Shown piece after piece: positions 30,637 through 40,032 of a stretch of DNA of 64,000 nucleotides (its first letter is position 1; each line of letters starts with the position of its first letter). The position numbers and the translations under genes were made by a program. The notes under the pieces were generated by a model. That model searched no databases. It was not told the DNA's origin and was given only the letters and a program-made list of their open reading frames with translations. Origin of the DNA: Thiomicrospira sp. (GTDB taxonomy: Bacteria; Pseudomonadota; Gammaproteobacteria; Thiomicrospirales; Thiomicrospiraceae); assembly GCA_034005865.1 (NCBI GenBank), contig JAVETW010000004.1, forward strand, positions 669 through 64,668. Direction: 5' to 3'.

Positions 30637-32676
30637 ATGCACAGCCTAAACCCCCGCCAACTTGAAGCCGTTTTACATATCGACACCCCGCTATTGGTGT
30701 TGGCGGGCGCGGGCAGTGGCAAAACGCGCGTGATCACCGAAAAAATCGCCTATTTAGTGCGCAAGCACGATTACAAACCTTCGCAGATCTATGCCGTGAC
30801 CTTCACCAACAAAGCCGCGCGTGAGATGAAAGAGCGGGTCAGTAAATTGATGGTGAATACGCCGGCGAAAGGCCTCAACGTGTCCACGTTTCATAACCTG
30901 GGGCTGAATATTATTCGCCAGGAATACAAATCGCTGAACTACAAAGCTAACTTTTCGATTATGGATGCGCAGGACACCGGGCAGATTCTCAAAGAGTTGA
31001 TGAAAAAAAATGACCTCGACCCAGAAGAGCTCGACGGCGTGCAATGGGAAATTTCGGCGTGGAAAAACCAACATCTCGACCCGCAAATCGCGCTCGAAAT
31101 GGCCGAAGACCCGCTGGCGCAAGCCCGTGCGCGTTTATATGCCGCCTATCAAAAACAACTGCACGCTTATAACGCGGTGGATTTTGATGATTTGATCGGG
31201 TTGCCGGTGCGCTTGTTTAACGAACACCCCGATATCCTCACCAAATGGCAAAACAAAGTGCGTTACTTGCTGGTGGACGAATACCAAGACACCAACGCGG
31301 CGCAGTATCAACTGGTGCGCCAATTAGTCGGCTTGAATGGCAAACTCACCGTGGTCGGCGACGACGACCAATCCATTTACGCCTGGCGTGGTGCGCAACC
31401 GGAAAACCTCGCGTTATTGCAACAAGACTTTCCAGGCCTGCATTTGGTCAAGCTGGAGCAAAACTACCGCTCCAGCCAACGTATCCTAAATAGTGCCAAC
31501 CAACTGATTGCTAATAACCCGCACGTGTTCGAAAAACAACTCTGGAGCGAAATGGGTTTGGGCGACCCGATTCGGGTGATTGCCTGCGCCAACGAAAACC
31601 AAGAAGCCGAACGCGTGGTGTCGGAAATTATTGTGCATAAATTTAAGTACAAAACCAAAAACCGCGATTACGCGATTCTGTATCGCGGCAATCACCAGGC
31701 CAGGCTGATTGAGCGCGCATTACGTGAACAAAACCTGCCCTATATCCTGTCCGGCGGTCAGTCGTTTTTTGAACGCGCCGAAATCAAAGACGTGATGTCG
31801 TATCTCAAATTGATTGTCAATCCCGATGACGATGCCGCGTTTTTGCGCATTATCAATACGCCGCGCCGCGAAATCGGAGCCGGTTCGTTAGAAAAACTCG
31901 CCACTTACGCCACCAATCGCGGTATTAGCTTGTTCGATGCCACGCAAGAGTTTGGTCTCACTCAAGTGTTATCGGAAAAATCGCTTAAACGCGTCCAACA
32001 CTTTGGCGCGATGTTATTGGAATGGGTAAAAGAAGCCGAAGTGGTCGAAGGCAAAGACTTGATCGCGTTTGTGCGTGGCGTATTGGACAAAGTGGAATAC
32101 GACAACTGGCTGATGGAAACCGCTTCCTCGGTCAAAACCGCCGAACGCCGCATCGAAAACGTACGTGATTTATTGCTTTGGATTGAACGCATTGTCACCA
32201 AAGCGCAAGAAGAGGACGGCGACGAACTCAAACTCGCCAAAATCGTCTCGCACATGACGTTGATGGACATTATGGAGCGCAACGAAGAAGAAAAAGACCA
32301 CGACATGATCAGCCTGATGACCTTACACGCCTCCAAAGGGCTGGAGTTTCCGCACGTGTTTTTGATTGGCGTGGAAGAAGAAATGTTGCCGCACAAACAA
32401 AACCTCGAATCACCAGGCCTAGAAGAAGAACGCCGCTTGGCGTATGTTGGCATCACCCGCGCCCAACGTACGCTGACCATCACCTATGCACAAAAACGCC
32501 GTAAATATGGCGAAGATACGCCGTGTGATCCGAGCCGATTCCTCTACGAATTACCCGAAGATGCCCTACATTGGGAGGGCAAACCCGGCGTTCAGCTTAC
32601 TGAAGAGCAAGCGAAAGCGCACGGTAACGACCAAATAAGCAATTTACGTGCGCTACTTGCCGCGAAAGCAAAATGA
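30637..32676 (+). CDS. rep: ATP-dependent DNA helicase Rep
   Basis: LNPRQLEAV...LVLAGAGSGKTRVIT.KIA.L...VTFTNKAAREMKERV. Full-length SF1 motifs and a length of about 679 aa fit Rep rather than UvrD. Confidence 0.9.
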   Translation: MHSLNPRQLEAVLHIDTPLLVLAGAGSGKTRVITEKIAYLVRKHDYKPSQIYAVTFTNKAAREMKERVSKLMVNTPAKGLNVSTFHNLGLNIIRQEYKSLNYKANFSIMDAQDTGQILKELMKKNDLDPEELDGVQWEISAWKNQHLDPQIALEMAEDPLAQARARLYAAYQKQLHAYNAVDFDDLIGLPVRLFNEHPDILTKWQNKVRYLLVDEYQDTNAAQYQLVRQLVGLNGKLTVVGDDDQSIYAWRGAQPENLALLQQDFPGLHLVKLEQNYRSSQRILNSANQLIANNPHVFEKQLWSEMGLGDPIRVIACANENQEAERVVSEIIVHKFKYKTKNRDYAILYRGNHQARLIERALREQNLPYILSGGQSFFERAEIKDVMSYLKLIVNPDDDAAFLRIINTPRREIGAGSLEKLATYATNRGISLFDATQEFGLTQVLSEKSLKRVQHFGAMLLEWVKEAEVVEGKDLIAFVRGVLDKVEYDNWLMETASSVKTAERRIENVRDLLLWIERIVTKAQEEDGDELKLAKIVSHMTLMDIMERNEEEKDHDMISLMTLHASKGLEFPHVFLIGVEEEMLPHKQNLESPGLEEERRLAYVGITRAQRTLTITYAQKRRKYGEDTPCDPSRFLYELPEDALHWEGKPGVQLTEEQAKAHGNDQISNLRALLAAKAK

Positions 32677-32732
32677 GGTTCAAAGGCATGACGGTGATGA
32701 TGTCAGAAAGCAAGTCAGTGTTAAGAACCCTG

Positions 32733-33073
32733 TTAACACAGAAGGGTTTGGCAAACTAATTGGTCGAATTTGTCAGTGGCTTGGGGGCTGAGTTGAGCGA
32801 TGCGTTTATGGATTAAGCTCAGGTTTAGGGTGTTCAGTTTGTCAGGGCGAATGTAGCTGGCTTTGGGGAGTTTCCAATCGCCAAATCACTATTTAAAATC
32901 GACTCGGCGAGTGCATGACCTGCTTTTGATGTAATTTGCACGGCTAAAAAATCCCCTTGTTGATTGGGGGTTCGCAGTATTAAAACAGGTCGCAGTTTTT
33001 GCGAAGATAAGTCAGTAAACGGATAGGGAATGACCACCAAATCAGACTTCTGGTAGATGGTTCCATACCTCAT
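32733..33073 (-). pseudogene. MazF/PemK-family toxin gene disrupted by a frameshift
   Basis: Frame A gives MRYGTIYQKSDLVVIPYPFTDLSSQKLRPVLIL...SDLAIGNSPKPATFALTN*. The adjacent frame continues DWKLPKASYIRPDKLNTLNLSLIHKRIAQLSPQATDKFDQLVCQTLLC*, which is the expected MazF C-terminus. The frames switch near 32865-32880. Confidence 0.7.
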
Positions 33074-33242
33074 CGTCAGGATTGTCCCAATCATTTAGTG
33101 CCGACATTTGCGCGGCTTGTAAATCACGCCAGCTTTGATTATCGTCGCGTTGGGTTAAATACAGCGCAAAATCAAGCACCTCTTTAGCCAAGTCTTCCGG
33201 AAGGGGTTTTATGACTTCATAAATAGTTTCGGCTAACGGCAT
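33042..33242 (-). CDS. DUF2281-like antitoxin
   Basis: MPLAETIYEVIKPLPEDLAKEVLDFALYL... with an acidic C-terminus. It lies upstream of the MazF-like frame and overlaps it. Confidence 0.6.
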   Translation of the reverse strand: MPLAETIYEVIKPLPEDLAKEVLDFALYLTQRDDNQSWRDLQAAQMSALNDWDNPDDEVWNHLPEV

Positions 33243-33277
33243 AGAAGCGCTCCGCAAGTGATGGTTGAGTGTTTATT

Positions 33278-33299
33278 TAACCACCAGGCCTGGTGGTTA
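33278..33299. repeat. 22-bp perfect palindrome TAACCACCAGGCCTGGTGGTTA
   Basis: Read directly from the sequence. It lies between the two divergent TA loci. Confidence 0.9.
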
Positions 33300-33400
33300 G
33301 CAAGTTCAGTGCTCTTTCCTCACACGTCTTGCTTGTGTGTTACGTTTTGTATTACACTGTGTATTCACAATGTGTCATGCCAATGTATAGGGAGGGGGCG

Positions 33401-33691
33401 ATGAGTGCATTAACCTTACGTTTACCGGACAGTTTAGAACAACAAATTCGAGACTTAGCCGAGCGCCAGCAGATGACGCGATCTGATTTTGCGCGTCGTG
33501 CGTTAGAACGTTATGTCCAACAAACCCAACGAGAACTCGCCTTGCAAGCGATGGTTGAAGCGGCTCAATCCATTCAACACTCGTCGTTACTGCAGCAGCA
33601 TATCGCTGAAATGAACAACGAGTTTTCAGCCACCGAAGCGGATTTAGTTTTGAGTGTGGCGGAAGCAGAACCGCAAGGTTGGTGGAAATGA
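33401..33691 (+). CDS. ribbon-helix-helix (CopG-like) antitoxin
   Basis: RBS GGAGGGGG. MSALTLRLPDSLEQQIRDLAERQQMTRSDFARRALERY is a classic RHH N-terminus. Confidence 0.75.
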   Translation: MSALTLRLPDSLEQQIRDLAERQQMTRSDFARRALERYVQQTQRELALQAMVEAAQSIQHSSLLQQHIAEMNNEFSATEADLVLSVAEAEPQGWWK

Positions 33692-34035
33692 GTTTCGCGC
33701 GTGGCGATGTGGTGCTGGCGCGGCTGAACCCAAATCAAGGCGCAGAAATTGGCAAAATTAGGCCGGTAGTGATCTTAACTCAAACGGCTTTAATTCAAGC
33801 CGGTTTACCTATGCTGATGGTAGTGCCGCTGACCACGCAATTTTGGCCTACGCTAAAAGCGTTTCGTATTGAAATACCGGCACGTGAACGCCTGTTAAAA
33901 CCCTCTTATGCGGTACTTGAACAAGCCCGTTCAATCGATAAAAGCCGCATTCAGCCCGATGTTCTCACCCGGTTAACGCAACAAGAATTAAAAGAATTCG
34001 AATCCAAGCTCAAGCTGATGTTGGGGTTTGAATGA
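33679..34035 (+). CDS. MazF/PemK-family toxin (intact)
   Basis: RGDVVLARLNPNQGAEIGKIRPVVIL...PSYAVLEQARSIDKSRI. It overlaps the stop codon of the antitoxin gene. Confidence 0.8.
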   Translation: MVEMSFARGDVVLARLNPNQGAEIGKIRPVVILTQTALIQAGLPMLMVVPLTTQFWPTLKAFRIEIPARERLLKPSYAVLEQARSIDKSRIQPDVLTRLTQQELKEFESKLKLMLGFE

Positions 34036-34084
34036 TTAAAATATGCTCGAATGTGCATATGAGCTAGTTCAAAAAGGATGTTTG

Positions 34085-34498
34085 ATGACAGCAGCTATCT
34101 TTTCTATTATTGGCTTGGTTGTAGGTGCTGTATTGCAGTTTTTGTTCACTCGGCATTTAGATAATAACAGGCATCAGCGTGATCTTAGGGCAGTTGCTTA
34201 TGCTGATTACTTGAGAGCTGTGAGCGAAATTGCAAACTTGCGCTACAAAGTAGGTTCACAAGAGTGGTTGAAGCTGAATGCAAATACCGCTGATGCCAAA
34301 TGTAGAATTTCACTTTATGGCGCAAATACAGTTGTGTCTGCATTTGCAAGTTTTGAAAAGTTAGGCGCAACCATGAATACGCCAGAACAAGGTCACGTAT
34401 TTACCGATATGGTGATGGCGATGCGCAAAGACGTTCTTGGAAGTACATTAGTATCCGAGGCTGATCTCAAGACTTTGCTGTTAGGCGTTCAGCGTTAA
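34085..34498 (+). CDS. hypothetical single-pass membrane protein
   Basis: ATG 34085 follows AAGGA. It has an N-terminal TM helix (AAIFSIIGLVVGAVLQFLF) and AT-rich codons. I recognise no family. Confidence 0.5.
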   Translation: MTAAIFSIIGLVVGAVLQFLFTRHLDNNRHQRDLRAVAYADYLRAVSEIANLRYKVGSQEWLKLNANTADAKCRISLYGANTVVSAFASFEKLGATMNTPEQGHVFTDMVMAMRKDVLGSTLVSEADLKTLLLGVQR

Positions 34499-34547
34499 AA
34501 ATAGCGCGGTTCAGCTGTTCATTATTGAGCAGCCGCCCCGCCAATCT

Positions 34548-34889
34548 TTACTCGTTGACCTTTTTCACAAACTCCGTTTTTAAACCCATCTGGCCGATGC
34601 CGTCGATTTTGCAGTCGATGTCGTGATCGCCGTCTACTAAACGAATATTGCGCACTTTAGTGCCGACTTTTACCACGGATGATGAGCCTTTAACTTTGAG
34701 GTCTTTAATCACGGTGACGGTGTCACCGTCTTTGAGGATATTGCCGTTGGCGTCACGATAGACTTTTTCGTCGCTGTCTTCGAGCGTGTTTTTCGGCCAT
34801 TCATGTGCACATTCCGGGCAAATGTACATTTCGCCGTCTTCGTAAGTATATTCCGAGCCACATTTTGGGCAGTTAGGTAGTCCGCTCAT
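34548..34889 (-). CDS. yjdM: zinc-ribbon protein YjdM/PhnA
   Basis: [23 protein letters not shown] plus C-terminal [25 protein letters not shown]. Confidence 0.85.
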   Translation of the reverse strand: MSGLPNCPKCGSEYTYEDGEMYICPECAHEWPKNTLEDSDEKVYRDANGNILKDGDTVTVIKDLKVKGSSSVVKVGTKVRNIRLVDGDHDIDCKIDGIGQMGLKTEFVKKVNE

Positions 34890-35021
34890 TGGTTATCCTT
34901 TAGTCAAAGAGCATTATTATAAGGGGCTAACACCTCGTGACCAAGTCCTGATTTGTGTTTAGCGGCGCGCATGAGTCTACGCTGGTTTATAATGGCGATT
35001 TTGCGTTTTGAAGGAGAGGTT

Positions 35022-35741
35022 ATGCGTCCAAGTGGTCGAGCGTTAGAGGCGTTGCGCGAGGTAGCGTTTCGTACACAGGTAACAAAGTATGCGGAAGGGT
35101 CGGTGTTGGTTTCGTTTGGAGAGACGCAAGTGATTTGTACCGCCTCGGTCGAGGAGTCGGTGCCGCCGTTTTTGAAGGGCAAGGGGCAAGGCTGGGTAAC
35201 GGCGGAATATGGTATGCTGCCACGTTCGACTGGCACGCGGATGCGACGTGAAGCGTCGGCAGGCAAGCAGAGTGGACGTACCTTGGAGATTGCGCGTTTA
35301 ATTGGGCGCGCGCTGCGTGCGGCGGTGGATTTAAGCAAGCTGGGCGAGCGCACGATTTATATTGATTGTGATGTCATTCAGGCCGATGGCGGTACGCGTA
35401 CGGCGTCGATTACCGGTGGTTTTATTGCGCTTGTGTTGGCGATTGAAACCCTCATTGAACAAGGCAAGCTGACGGATAATCCGATTTTGCACTATATTGC
35501 CTCGGTATCGGTGGGCGTATATCAAGGGCAGGTAGTGGTCGATTTAGATTATGCTGAAGATTCGAATGCGGATACGGATATGAATTTGGTGATGACCGAA
35601 AGCGGGGAGTTTATCGAAGTGCAGGGTACGGCTGAAAGTGCGCCGTTTTCGATTGCACAAATGAATGAGATGCTCACACTTGGACAAGCGGCGATTTTTC
35701 AATTAATTGAACAGCAAAAACAGGTATTGCGCGAAAGTTAG
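35022..35741 (+). CDS. rph: ribonuclease PH
   Basis: MRPSGR...REV.F....[24 protein letters not shown]...[14 protein letters not shown]. Confidence 0.95.
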   Translation: MRPSGRALEALREVAFRTQVTKYAEGSVLVSFGETQVICTASVEESVPPFLKGKGQGWVTAEYGMLPRSTGTRMRREASAGKQSGRTLEIARLIGRALRAAVDLSKLGERTIYIDCDVIQADGGTRTASITGGFIALVLAIETLIEQGKLTDNPILHYIASVSVGVYQGQVVVDLDYAEDSNADTDMNLVMTESGEFIEVQGTAESAPFSIAQMNEMLTLGQAAIFQLIEQQKQVLRES

Positions 35742-35849
35742 GCGGCCTGCGTTCGTTGTTAAGCGTTTGATTAATAAAGTATATTTATTTGGTTTAAACC
35801 GATTTGCAAGCGTTTGCAAGTCGGTGCCTGCTTCGGTTGGGTTATCTTA

Positions 35850-36659
35850 TCAAAGCGGCGTGTGAATGGGCGCTCGGTGTAGAAGTTGTAGTGTGGTGGT
35901 TGTGCCGTTATGTCGCAGACGATGGGGTTGACTAAAGCCTTGGTATAACGCTTGTTTAGCGTGAGCGATGGCGTGACTGAGGGATGCGCCTTGGGCTAAT
36001 AAGGTTGCAATCGCCGTTGAAAGAAAACAGCCGGTACCCTTGACGTTTAACCCCTTTAGACGCGGTGCGCTGAAGGTTTGCATTGGTTGCCCCGCTTGCA
36101 GCAAATAATCAACCGCGCGTTGTTCATCACTATGTCCGCCTTTTACCAATATGGCGCGAATACCCTGATCAAAAAAAGCCTGTCCTATGTCGTGCATTTC
36201 GTGTGCGCGCCCATGATAGTTAGATTGCAGGAGCGCGTTGACTTCCGGGATATTCGGTGTGATTAAATCACACAGCGGCATAAGTTGTTTTAGCAGGCCT
36301 GCTAAAGCACTTTTATCCAATAAACGCCGCCCGCTAGAGCTGATAATCACCGGATCGAGCACCATCGGCGCACGCTGGTTTTGTAGTCGTTGTACGAGTA
36401 AATCAACTGTTTGTGCGCTCCCAAGCTGGCCAAGTTTGATCGCATCAATATCCACGTCGCTGAGGAGCGCATCGAGTTGGGCGGCCACTTGCTGTACGGG
36501 GAGGGGAAAAACGGCTTGAACGCCTTGGGTATTTTGGGCATTAATCGCGCTGATAACTGATAGACCATAGCCACCAAACTGTGTGATGGTTTGTAGGTCC
36601 GCTTGTATGCCTGCGCCGCTAAGCGGGTCACTTCCGGCGAGGGTTAGCACGGTTTTCAT
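35850..36659 (-). CDS. thiD: hydroxymethylpyrimidine/phosphomethylpyrimidine kinase
   Basis: VLTLAGSDPLSGAGIQADL, KLGQLG, ILVKGGH, GTGCFLSTAIA. The ATG at 36659 forms an ATGA overlap with the mnmC stop codon. Confidence 0.9.
   Translation of the reverse strand: MKTVLTLAGSDPLSGAGIQADLQTITQFGGYGLSVISAINAQNTQGVQAVFPLPVQQVAAQLDALLSDVDIDAIKLGQLGSAQTVDLLVQRLQNQRAPMVLDPVIISSSGRRLLDKSALAGLLKQLMPLCDLITPNIPEVNALLQSNYHGRAHEMHDIGQAFFDQGIRAILVKGGHSDEQRAVDYLLQAGQPMQTFSAPRLKGLNVKGTGCFLSTAIATLLAQGASLSHAIAHAKQALYQGFSQPHRLRHNGTTTTLQLLHRAPIHTPL
36289..36306. repeat. 18-bp perfect palindrome TTTAGCAGGCCTGCTAAA inside thiD
   Basis: Read directly from the sequence. It encodes ALAGLLK. Confidence 0.9.
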
Positions 36660-38611
36660 TCGGTTGCCTGTGTTGTATTGCGCGCGCGTCGCCATGCTCG
36701 AATAGCAAAGCGCGCCGGATGGGTGGCGTGATAGAGCGGCGCAGGCACGCATTGGGCTGTGCCGAGTAAGTCGGCGCGTATTATCTCGGCGCCGAGAAAT
36801 ACGGATAATAAGCCACGCGCGCCGTGACCATTACTCACATACAGGCCGCGACGATAGCGTTGCGACGGAAAACGAAACGGCGGTTGCGTTGGTGGGTGTT
36901 GTAAATAGGCTTGTTGCAGCCAGTCGCTATCGGCTATCGGGCCAATAATAGGCAAGTGATCGGGGGTGGTCGGGCGAAAGGCCACGCGTCCGTCTAGGTC
37001 CTCGGCGCGTGCCTTGATCCAATCGGGCAAGCTCCCTTGTGCCAAATCGAGGTTGGTTTGATGGCCTTGCAGGCTTGGTTGATTAATTAGGCAGGGCGCC
37101 TCGAAGGTGGCGCCGGTGACTGCTTGGCCGTCCAAAAAGGGCGTAGAGTAGCCAAGATGACTGACGGCGCGCCGCAGCGGGCGTTGTTGATGCTCAGCGC
37201 GCAGATGGCTCACTTGACCTTTGAGAGGACGAATCGGCAGACCCAAATCTGCGTTTAGCGACGATATTGCGCCGCAGGCGACAACAACATTGTCGCTGTA
37301 TCGCTGGGTGGCCGAGGTGTCGATATGCCAGCCTTGTTGGTGTGCGTGCAGGCCGATAACGCGCTCGTCACGGATAAGGTGGATATTGGGGTGCGCTAAA
37401 CAGCGTGCGACAATCGAGGGCGGATTGAGCCAGCCGCCTTGTGCAAAAAATGCGCCGGATTGACCTACCCGTTGGCCAAGCAGTTCGCTGGCTTGGTGTT
37501 TGTTTAGCGCGCGCACAAATGTAGCAGGCAGGTCGAGGCGCTCTAACGCGCTTTGCATACGTTGCGCTTGTTCGGCATTGGCCGCTAAATCTATCAAGCC
37601 GTTTAAGTCGCCGATAATTTCACCTTGCGCTAACCAGGGCAACAGGCGACGGCGGGTAGCGGCTAGGCCGAGCGCATACCATTGGCTGCGCAGGTTCCAG
37701 TCGGCAGTGAGCAGTGGATGGAGCGCGCCTGCAAGGTTGCCTGAGGCGTGTTGTGCCGGTTGTGATTCGCTTTCAATCACCGTAACTTGCCAGCCGACTT
37801 CGGCTAAGGCATGGGCCACCGCGGCACCAGCAAGTCCGCCACCAATGACCGTTAGACAAGGGGAGAATGTCGGCTCAGGGCGGCTAAACCAAGGTGTTTT
37901 GCTGCTAAAGGGGCGCGGTTGTTGTAGGTGTCCGCACAGTTGTTCACGTTTGTTGGCAAATCCGCGCCGTTTTTCAACGCAAAACCCTGCACCTTGTAGG
38001 CCTTTTCTAACCGCGCTGGCCGCGCTAAAGGTGGCAAAGCGCGTGTCGCGCCGACTTAAACGTTGCATCTGTTGGTAGAGCGCGGGGCGCCACATATCGG
38101 GGTTTTTGTCTGGGGCAAAGCCGTCTAAGAACCACGCATCGACCGTTGTATCGAGTTGCGCCAAGCCGTCGCACGCTTCGCCGAACCACAGACTTAGGCG
38201 GATGTTTTGCCAGTAAATATCGTGCCAGCCGGGAAGTAGCGGCGGATAGGCTGCCAAAAAAGGCGCAAATAAAGCGGCTAACTGTGGCCGTTGTGTATGG
38301 ATTTGCGCTAAATCGCTGGCGCAAAACGGATGTTTTTCGACACTGATATAGTGAAGTTTTGCCGATGTGGGCGCGTGTTGTTGCCAGTGCTTGAGCGTGA
38401 CTAAAAAATTTAGACCGCTGCCAAAACCAGTTTCGGCGATGCAAAAGGTGTGCGCTTGTGCAAAGCGTTCAATCAGTTGGTTAGGGGTAATAAATACATG
38501 ATTCACTTCGTCTTCGCCCTGCGCATCGATAAAGTAAATATCATCATATATCGGTGAGTAGGGGCGATTATGTTGCCAAATAAGCTTGGCCGGAACCAGT
38601 TTCATTGTCAT
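36656..38611 (-). CDS. mnmC: bifunctional tRNA mnm5s2U34 methyltransferase / FAD-dependent cmnm5s2U34 oxidoreductase
   Basis: It has the N-terminal DUF752 methyltransferase pattern (SPIYDDIYF, ETGFGSGLNF, DAWFLDGFAP) and a C-terminal DAO domain (VIGGGLAGAAVAHAL). Confidence 0.9.
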   Translation of the reverse strand: MTMKLVPAKLIWQHNRPYSPIYDDIYFIDAQGEDEVNHVFITPNQLIERFAQAHTFCIAETGFGSGLNFLVTLKHWQQHAPTSAKLHYISVEKHPFCASDLAQIHTQRPQLAALFAPFLAAYPPLLPGWHDIYWQNIRLSLWFGEACDGLAQLDTTVDAWFLDGFAPDKNPDMWRPALYQQMQRLSRRDTRFATFSAASAVRKGLQGAGFCVEKRRGFANKREQLCGHLQQPRPFSSKTPWFSRPEPTFSPCLTVIGGGLAGAAVAHALAEVGWQVTVIESESQPAQHASGNLAGALHPLLTADWNLRSQWYALGLAATRRRLLPWLAQGEIIGDLNGLIDLAANAEQAQRMQSALERLDLPATFVRALNKHQASELLGQRVGQSGAFFAQGGWLNPPSIVARCLAHPNIHLIRDERVIGLHAHQQGWHIDTSATQRYSDNVVVACGAISSLNADLGLPIRPLKGQVSHLRAEHQQRPLRRAVSHLGYSTPFLDGQAVTGATFEAPCLINQPSLQGHQTNLDLAQGSLPDWIKARAEDLDGRVAFRPTTPDHLPIIGPIADSDWLQQAYLQHPPTQPPFRFPSQRYRRGLYVSNGHGARGLLSVFLGAEIIRADLLGTAQCVPAPLYHATHPARFAIRAWRRARNTTQATE

Positions 38612-38682
38612 GCTCTAAGCCTAAATAAAACACACAAGATACAAGATTTATACAAGGATACAAGTTGCCTTGATCGGTTTTT

Positions 38683-39480
38683 TTAGTGCTGATGCCAAAA
38701 CGGGGTGCCTAAAACCGGGGTGGAGGCGCTGGCAAATTCCCGTTGTGGCATCGCACCGGCTTCATAACCTAAGCGTCCGGCTTCAATCGCGTGTTTAAAC
38801 GCGGTGGCCATTTTCACCGGATCATCGGCTAACGCCACCGCTGAGTTGAGTAACACGCCATCAAATCCCATTTCTAACGCTTGCGCCGCGTGCGACGGTT
38901 TGCCGATGCCGGCATCAACAATGAGGGTGGTTTTGTCGAGGCGTTTGCGAATCAATTCCATATTGTAGGGATTCATAATGCCTTTGCCCGAACCAATCGG
39001 CGACGCCCAAGGCATCACAATACGGCAACCGACATCGACTAAACGCTGACACAAAACTAAATCATCGCTGGCGTAAGGAAACACTTCAAAGCCGTCTTCG
39101 ATTAAGGTTTGTGCGGCTTTGACCAAATCAAACGGATCGGGCTGTAGCGTATAGTCGTCACCGATGACTTCGAGTTTGAGCCAGTGGGTGCCAAAAATTT
39201 CGCGTGCCATTTGCGCGGTGGTAATGGCTTCTTTGGCATTACGACAACCCGCGGTATTAGGCAAAATATGACAACCGAGTGATTGAATAATCTGCCAAAA
39301 GGCTTGGCCACTTTGATCGCCCGGATTCTGTCTGCGAATCGACACGGTGACTACTTGGCTGGCGCTGGCTTGAATCGCTTGGCGCATGATTTGCGGCGAG
39401 GGATAAAGTGCCGAACCGATTAATAAACGGCTGTTGATTTCTTTATCCGCGAGTAACCAGGCCTGGTTGTTTGTTGTCAT
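38683..39480 (-). CDS. thiG: thiazole synthase
   Basis: [42 protein letters not shown]. Confidence 0.95.
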   Translation of the reverse strand: MTTNNQAWLLADKEINSRLLIGSALYPSPQIMRQAIQASASQVVTVSIRRQNPGDQSGQAFWQIIQSLGCHILPNTAGCRNAKEAITTAQMAREIFGTHWLKLEVIGDDYTLQPDPFDLVKAAQTLIEDGFEVFPYASDDLVLCQRLVDVGCRIVMPWASPIGSGKGIMNPYNMELIRKRLDKTTLIVDAGIGKPSHAAQALEMGFDGVLLNSAVALADDPVKMATAFKHAIEAGRLGYEAGAMPQREFASASTPVLGTPFWHQH

Positions 39481-39837
39481 GGTTTAATCCTGTTTTTTTA
39501 ATTCACCACAGAGACACGAAGACACTGAGGTTTAGCTTTTTCTCGTTCCCACGCTCCTGCGTGGGAATGCCTACTTGGCTGCAAGCATTAATGTTGCCTC
39601 AATCAAATTCCGGTTTGCGTTCCCACTGAGGACACGAAGATTTTTACGAAACTGACTGTCATCGCGAGGCCAAGGCCGTGGCGATCTCCAGAGATGGCTT
39701 CGCTACGCTCGCCATGACGACTGGTAATGGAGCGGTTTTTTACACCCAAAAACCTTCGTGTTCTTCGTGTCCTTCGTGGTTCCCTTAAAACCAAACCTTC
39801 GTGCCTCTGTGTCTCAGTGGTTCAAAAATTTAAACAC
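39481..39837. repeat. nested palindromic repeat block A, filling the thiS-thiG spacer
   Basis: The outer inverted arms are ACCACAGAGACACGAAGACAC and CCTTCGTGCCTCTGTGTCTCAGTGGTT. Inner units are TTCCCACGC-TCCT-GCGTGGGAA, GTCATCGCGAGGCCAAGGCCGTGGCGATC...CTCGCCATGAC, and three 9-nt TTCGTG repeats. Confidence 0.85.
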
Positions 39838-40032
39838 TCAGCCGCCTTGCATCGGCGCGACGATTTCTATGCGGTCGTTTTCGTGAATTGTCGTGTCGGC
39901 ATATTGGCTTTTGGGCACAAAGTTTTCATTTAAAGCCAACGCAAATGCGCCTTCAATATTTAATTCCACCACCAGGCCTGCTAAGTCCTTAGCGGCCGTT
40001 TCAGTGGGTTGATCATTAATCTTTACAATCAT
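39838..40032 (-). CDS. thiS: sulfur carrier protein ThiS
   Basis: It is 64 aa, runs MIVKINDQP...IEIVAPMQGG and ends in GG. Confidence 0.85.
   Translation of the reverse strand: MIVKINDQPTETAAKDLAGLVVELNIEGAFALALNENFVPKSQYADTTIHENDRIEIVAPMQGG

Noticed and set aside
34904-35353. A 149-aa ORF antisense to rph, and the long antisense ORFs in mnmC (37500-38078 and 38025-38444)
   Set aside because: They are shadow ORFs opposite strongly supported genes, with an Arg/Ser/Pro-rich composition typical of antisense frames.
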